A stretch of DNA of 64,000 nt, taken from Chrysomallon squamiferum (Eukaryota; Animalia; Mollusca). Both the position numbers and the translations under genes were made by a program. Location of the stretch: assembly GCA_012295275.1 (NCBI GenBank), contig CM022676.1, positions 13,206,001 through 13,270,000 on the forward strand, in the 5' to 3' direction. The notes under the pieces were generated by a model, which was not told where the DNA came from, ran no database searches, and saw only the letters and a list, made by a program, of their open reading frames with translations. Each line of letters starts with the position of its first letter. Position 1 is the first letter of the stretch. This document shows, in pieces, positions 59,418 to 64,000 of the stretch.

Positions 59418-59462
<45 letters not shown>

Positions 59463-61044
59463 TACGATAAAAGAATCCCGTTACCGGTCGAATAGCCAGG
59501 GCTAAATTAATATTTTGAACATATCAGTGTCATGAGAGTTATTTCCCATCCCATATAGTATTTGTGTAGCCTGCAAGTCGAGTCAGTAACGGTGGTTGCA
59601 TTTTCCAGAGACCAAGATTTTTTGATTGGAGGATGTATTATTCCTTGATTAGTAGTCTTGGTTCTTATTAACGAAACTGTTATATTTATTTTATTTTATT
59701 CATATTTTAATTGAAAAATTATTATTACAAAGCCTTCACGCTCCAAACAATGAAATCAAGTAATTCGGTAAGAAAAGCCAGTACAACAAGGGGACCGCTG
59801 TCACATGTTTGGAGAGTGTCTGTGGTACTTACTTTGTTCTTCAGCCGACTGCAAATTATTTCAGGTATTACGAACATAATTATTCAGCTGTTGAATTATC
59901 ATACTGAAATTAATTTTGAGTGAAAGTAACAGTAACTTTCAGTAAGCTACTAATTTGAGTAAAACTAGATTCATAAGCATGATATTGATAAGGCAACAAA
60001 ATCAAAACTTTAATTATTTATTTGTATCGTTATCATTATTATTTTTTCTTATACCATGAAAGATTATGCACACAGAATAGTCAACAGAAAAAAAACGAAG
60101 ATTTTAACCCATTTTTTACCACTGCACCTTCACTGAAAGTAATTACTAATAGAGTGCATTCATCTTAGCTGTTCTAGTTAGAGTCACAATATGCAAATGT
60201 TTCACACTTTTAATGATTTCTGTTCCTGAATACATTTTACTTTTGGACAATACCGTGTATTTCTTGGAGTTTTCAAAGAAGAGAAAAAAATGAATGAAAA
60301 CATTTCAGGATGAAAAAGGTGAGTTTACTCATTTATTACTAAACCTTAATTTAGTATTTTAGAATTGTAGGAGTGTTGACATTAATTTCATTGTTATTTT
60401 TGTATTATTGAAGGTTTAAATATTTTCAGTTTTTTAATTTATATTTTGCTTCACTCATTGCCTGCAACTCCTTTTGTTTAAGAGGTTTTTTTTATATAAA
60501 AATATTAAATTAGTATAATTCTAATTCAACAGAAGAAAGTTACACCCAGAGTCCATGTATGCTTACCTGTTAACAGACAAACACACATTTGAAGCATACA
60601 TGTGAAAATATTGAATACAATGCTTGTTAATTTACTTTTCTGGTTACAGCAAAAGGCCATGGTTAATCATGTACCATCTGTTCTTGAAGATGGTGATTTT
60701 CAAAAGCAGCAACTTACCTTACACCTCCAGTTAATGGTTCATAGCTTCTTGTCTAGCAGCAGTGTTCAACAAAAGACAACAGGAGCTGCCATTGAATTTG
60801 AATATCAATATCTTTCTTCAGAGTCAACAGATCAGGTCCTGGCTGCAAAATAAAGCAAAGCATAACATGGCAAAATACTGCACAAAATGCAAACACAACA
60901 CAACAGAGATTCTTTCACAGCAAGGTAACAATGTAAAGTAAACAAGGGAGACACAGGATGTAGGGTGGAAATTATCTTGTTCATTGCACCAACTAGTGGT
61001 GATGTATCTGGCTTGCAACACAAAGAAAAAAATCGACCGGGCAA

Positions 61045-61100
61045 CTGCTTGTAACTTGGAAAACTCGGAAGTTGGAGCACTCGTAACTCAGGTACCACTG
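61045..61100. mobile_element. Right end of a pogo/Tigger-like element related to the MITE at 21926-22004
   Basis: Ends TCGTAACTCAGGTACCACTG followed by TA; matches the TIR of the 21926 element. Confidence 0.55.
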
Positions 61101-61110
61101 TATATGTATA

Positions 61111-61155
<45 letters not shown>

Positions 61156-64000
61156 TCCTGAGAGATCAAGCTTGTGAGTATGTATAACCTAAATTGTTTA
61201 GGGAAGTGTGGAAACCACTCATTCTAATTACTGTGTCTTTGAAATATTTTTAATAATTCCACTATATTTCTTTAGGTCTTTATATAGAGCCAGGTGAAAT
61301 GTAAAACAGGTTCTGTTTGTCATTTTTCTACTTTTGCTCGATTATGCCTTCCTCCATGTATTACGTGTGTCATGGCATTCAGATTGCGTAACAAATTTAT
61401 ACTTCAATTACATCTGCACTTTTTATTTTTGACATCAATTTTTCAACTTTTTAAAATGGCTGGCACTTCGTAATTAAGCAGAAAAGGAAAAGGCCAACAC
61501 AAGAGCTTAGCCAGGTGGGGAACTAATGTTTTTGAATGACATTGTCTTTAAGACAAGTATGGTAAGCAATTGTCTATTGTTATTTTGATAGGGTGTAATG
61601 TGCAAGTAGCCTGTGTCAATAACATTTAATATACATAAAATTTTAATTGTTTAATCTGTCCTGCATGCAGATGCTTATTTTGTCTTGGTTCCTGATATGA
61701 CCTTACTCTTATCATTAATAAAATTACTTAAATATATGTTTTATTGATTGTATAGTGTATTATTACCAAGTAACCTGTATATCGTAATTAAATAATTAAC
61801 GTGAACCTTAACTGGTGTTGTGTTTATTTCTCTGGTGGGTAGATAGACTTATTGATTTATATAGACTGCTGTCAATTTAGTGTTTTTATTCATTGGTAGG
61901 TGGCCATTAAAGCACCTTGTTACCCTACACTGAGCCTTAATAAAACATCCAAGATGTTTAATGGTGCGGGCAGTGTAAGTGTGTTAGAGAGATATCTTTT
62001 AATTTAAAATATTTTATTTGATTCTTTATATAACCTGGGTCTAGACTATAATATTAAAGTTTTTCATCAACTAAAACTCAAAAATTTTTTTAGGTCACCA
62101 GGCTACATGACCAATCTCTAGGATCTGTCTGTGCCTTACCCTGGAGCTAACTGTTGAATACTGTGTCTGAGGTCCTGTCTGAATAAAAATCGTGTTTTAA
62201 GTTTTATCTTTGTTTTTATTGCACAAATGTTACCTTGTCTTGTGAAAAAAAGGTTTAATCTCAAAGGACACGTCTTGGTTAACAGCCACCTTGTTAGTTT
62301 TAACCAAACATGTTTCACAAATATCATTTATACACTTTAAACTCAGTGTTTTATGAGTTCTTGACCAAACAGATTCAGTATCTTAGCTTCATTTGTTTGT
62401 CTAGTATAAAAAACTTATGCCATATGAATGCAGTAGAAAATGTTGATGAAAAACTCTGGTAAAGTCTCTTTACTATTTTTAGACAACAGTTTGGTTTTAA
62501 AAATTATCACTGGAAAGAGAAACATTTTGTCTTCTAAAGAACAGTAGCATTGAAGCACAAAGTAAAAAGCTTTTGTTTCTGAGCCAAGTTGTCATTGTTT
62601 TCATAAGATGTCATAAAATTACTATTTAAGTGATCAAATCTTGATTGAAATGATTACGAAACTGATTACTTACACATTAGCTGACTTTGTCTCCACCTTA
62701 GTAACTAAATCATCAACATTATTTAGGCAATTCACTTCATGGCAAAATGTTTGTTAAAGGCTCTATGTTGAAAGCCTTTGGCACAAAATCTGTGAAGGTT
62801 TTGACCAGTTTATTTATTTCTGATGCCCCAAATAGAAAAAATAGAAATCACATGACTTCAATATCTAAAGTGTTGTGATCTAAATATGAAGTTTATAGTT
62901 CTGTCATATTTACCTTTTTATTTGATTTTTCTGTGTTGTGGCAATGCCATGAGAATAATATTGGAAATGAAGATGGAATAAAGGTGTTTAGTTAATGTTA
63001 GTGGGGAAAATTAAGCTTCTTATGCTTGAAGCTTGTTTAAAAACATACTGCTTATACAATAAATGATAACATGGGTAATTCACTACAGATTTTCTTATTC
63101 AGTCTCCTCATTCATTTGACATTTGCTTTATTATATCCACTCCCCCATTCAAACAGGTTCTCAGAAATATGTATTCAAAAGTCATTTTGAAGATCTTATC
63201 CAAGTGAAACTCAGCTTCTGCACCATTTACATTCACATCACCAAACTTGTAACTGTTCCATCCAATTTTTGTCCGTGCATTCTCATTGTAAAGTGCTTTG
63301 AAACCAACTGTTAGGAGGAAAGGGTACTCAACAAGTCATTTTTATTGTTATAACCTTTACAGGCACTATGATGCTGAAAAAAACTGCAGTTTGTTAAAAG
63401 AAAACAGAAGACTCCTAAAATTTAACATTGTAGTTTTTCTAATTTATCCCTTCTAAATATATTTTATCATTTAGATCTTTTTACTCTGATTAATTTGATT
63501 ATACAACTGTACTTATAGTAAAAGTAGAACTGAAATTATGAATTTTCAAAGATTTTATTTATTTATTTATTTTTATTTGTTGCAAATGATTGGTTTTATG
63601 TTTTTTTGCAATTTACAAATAATAAAAGTTTAAAAAGAAAAACAAATAACTTTTAAAAAGAAATTACAACTGCAGAAAAACTAGTTAATGTTAGAAATAG
63701 ACATTTTGAATAGAAACAAATTTAAATATTATATGTCCTGTTGGTATCTATGAGGATAATAATTTAAATAAATAGCTATTTAACTGTTCTTTAATGAATA
63801 CAGTGAACTTAAACGTTTCTATTTTTTCAGTGACCAACAAGTAATTCAATTTCTTTAAAAGATTGATAAAATGATTACATTATCATTCTGTAAATCATTG
63901 TTGAAATGTTTAATATGAGAAGAAAATAAATTTCAAATATTTTTATAAAGTAATCTTAGAAAAAATATATCTGCCAAAAAACCAAAATAATAAACCTTGG

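Overview
AT-rich eukaryotic (animal) genomic DNA with GT-AG introns, microsatellites and decayed transposons, plus one 200-N scaffold gap (23740-23939). An invertebrate, probably molluscan, origin is my inference from sequence style only. The first ~52 kb is a rearranged cluster of immunoglobulin-superfamily (IgSF) type-I membrane receptor genes, which I assembled exon by exon from splice sites and reading phases. (0) A terminal TM+tail exon at 709-1349 (+) whose upstream exons lie outside the window. (A) A 16-exon, nephrin-like-architecture gene at 6927-23244 (+): leader, 12 Ig domains, FN3, a glycine-zipper TM, and two paralogous cytoplasmic exons that each encode a canonical ITAM plus a YENL motif. 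It carries five disabling lesions, all in skippable phase-1/1 ectodomain exons. (C) A 3'-truncated leader+V+C gene at 30013-~33400 (+). (B) A two-Ig receptor on the minus strand (50629 to 38440) whose TM/tail exon is an inverted, frameshifted duplicate of exon 0; candidate alternative short-TM or secreted terminal exons lie in its last intron. A 5-6 kb inverted duplication (265-5588 vs 33441-39516) brackets genes A and C. All four N-terminal-type V-like domains share a non-canonical signature (F-strand WxC plus extra cysteines). The locus looks like a birth-and-death, ITAM-signalling innate immune or allorecognition-type receptor complex; that functional reading is inference. The last ~12 kb is mostly TE debris with no confidently callable gene.
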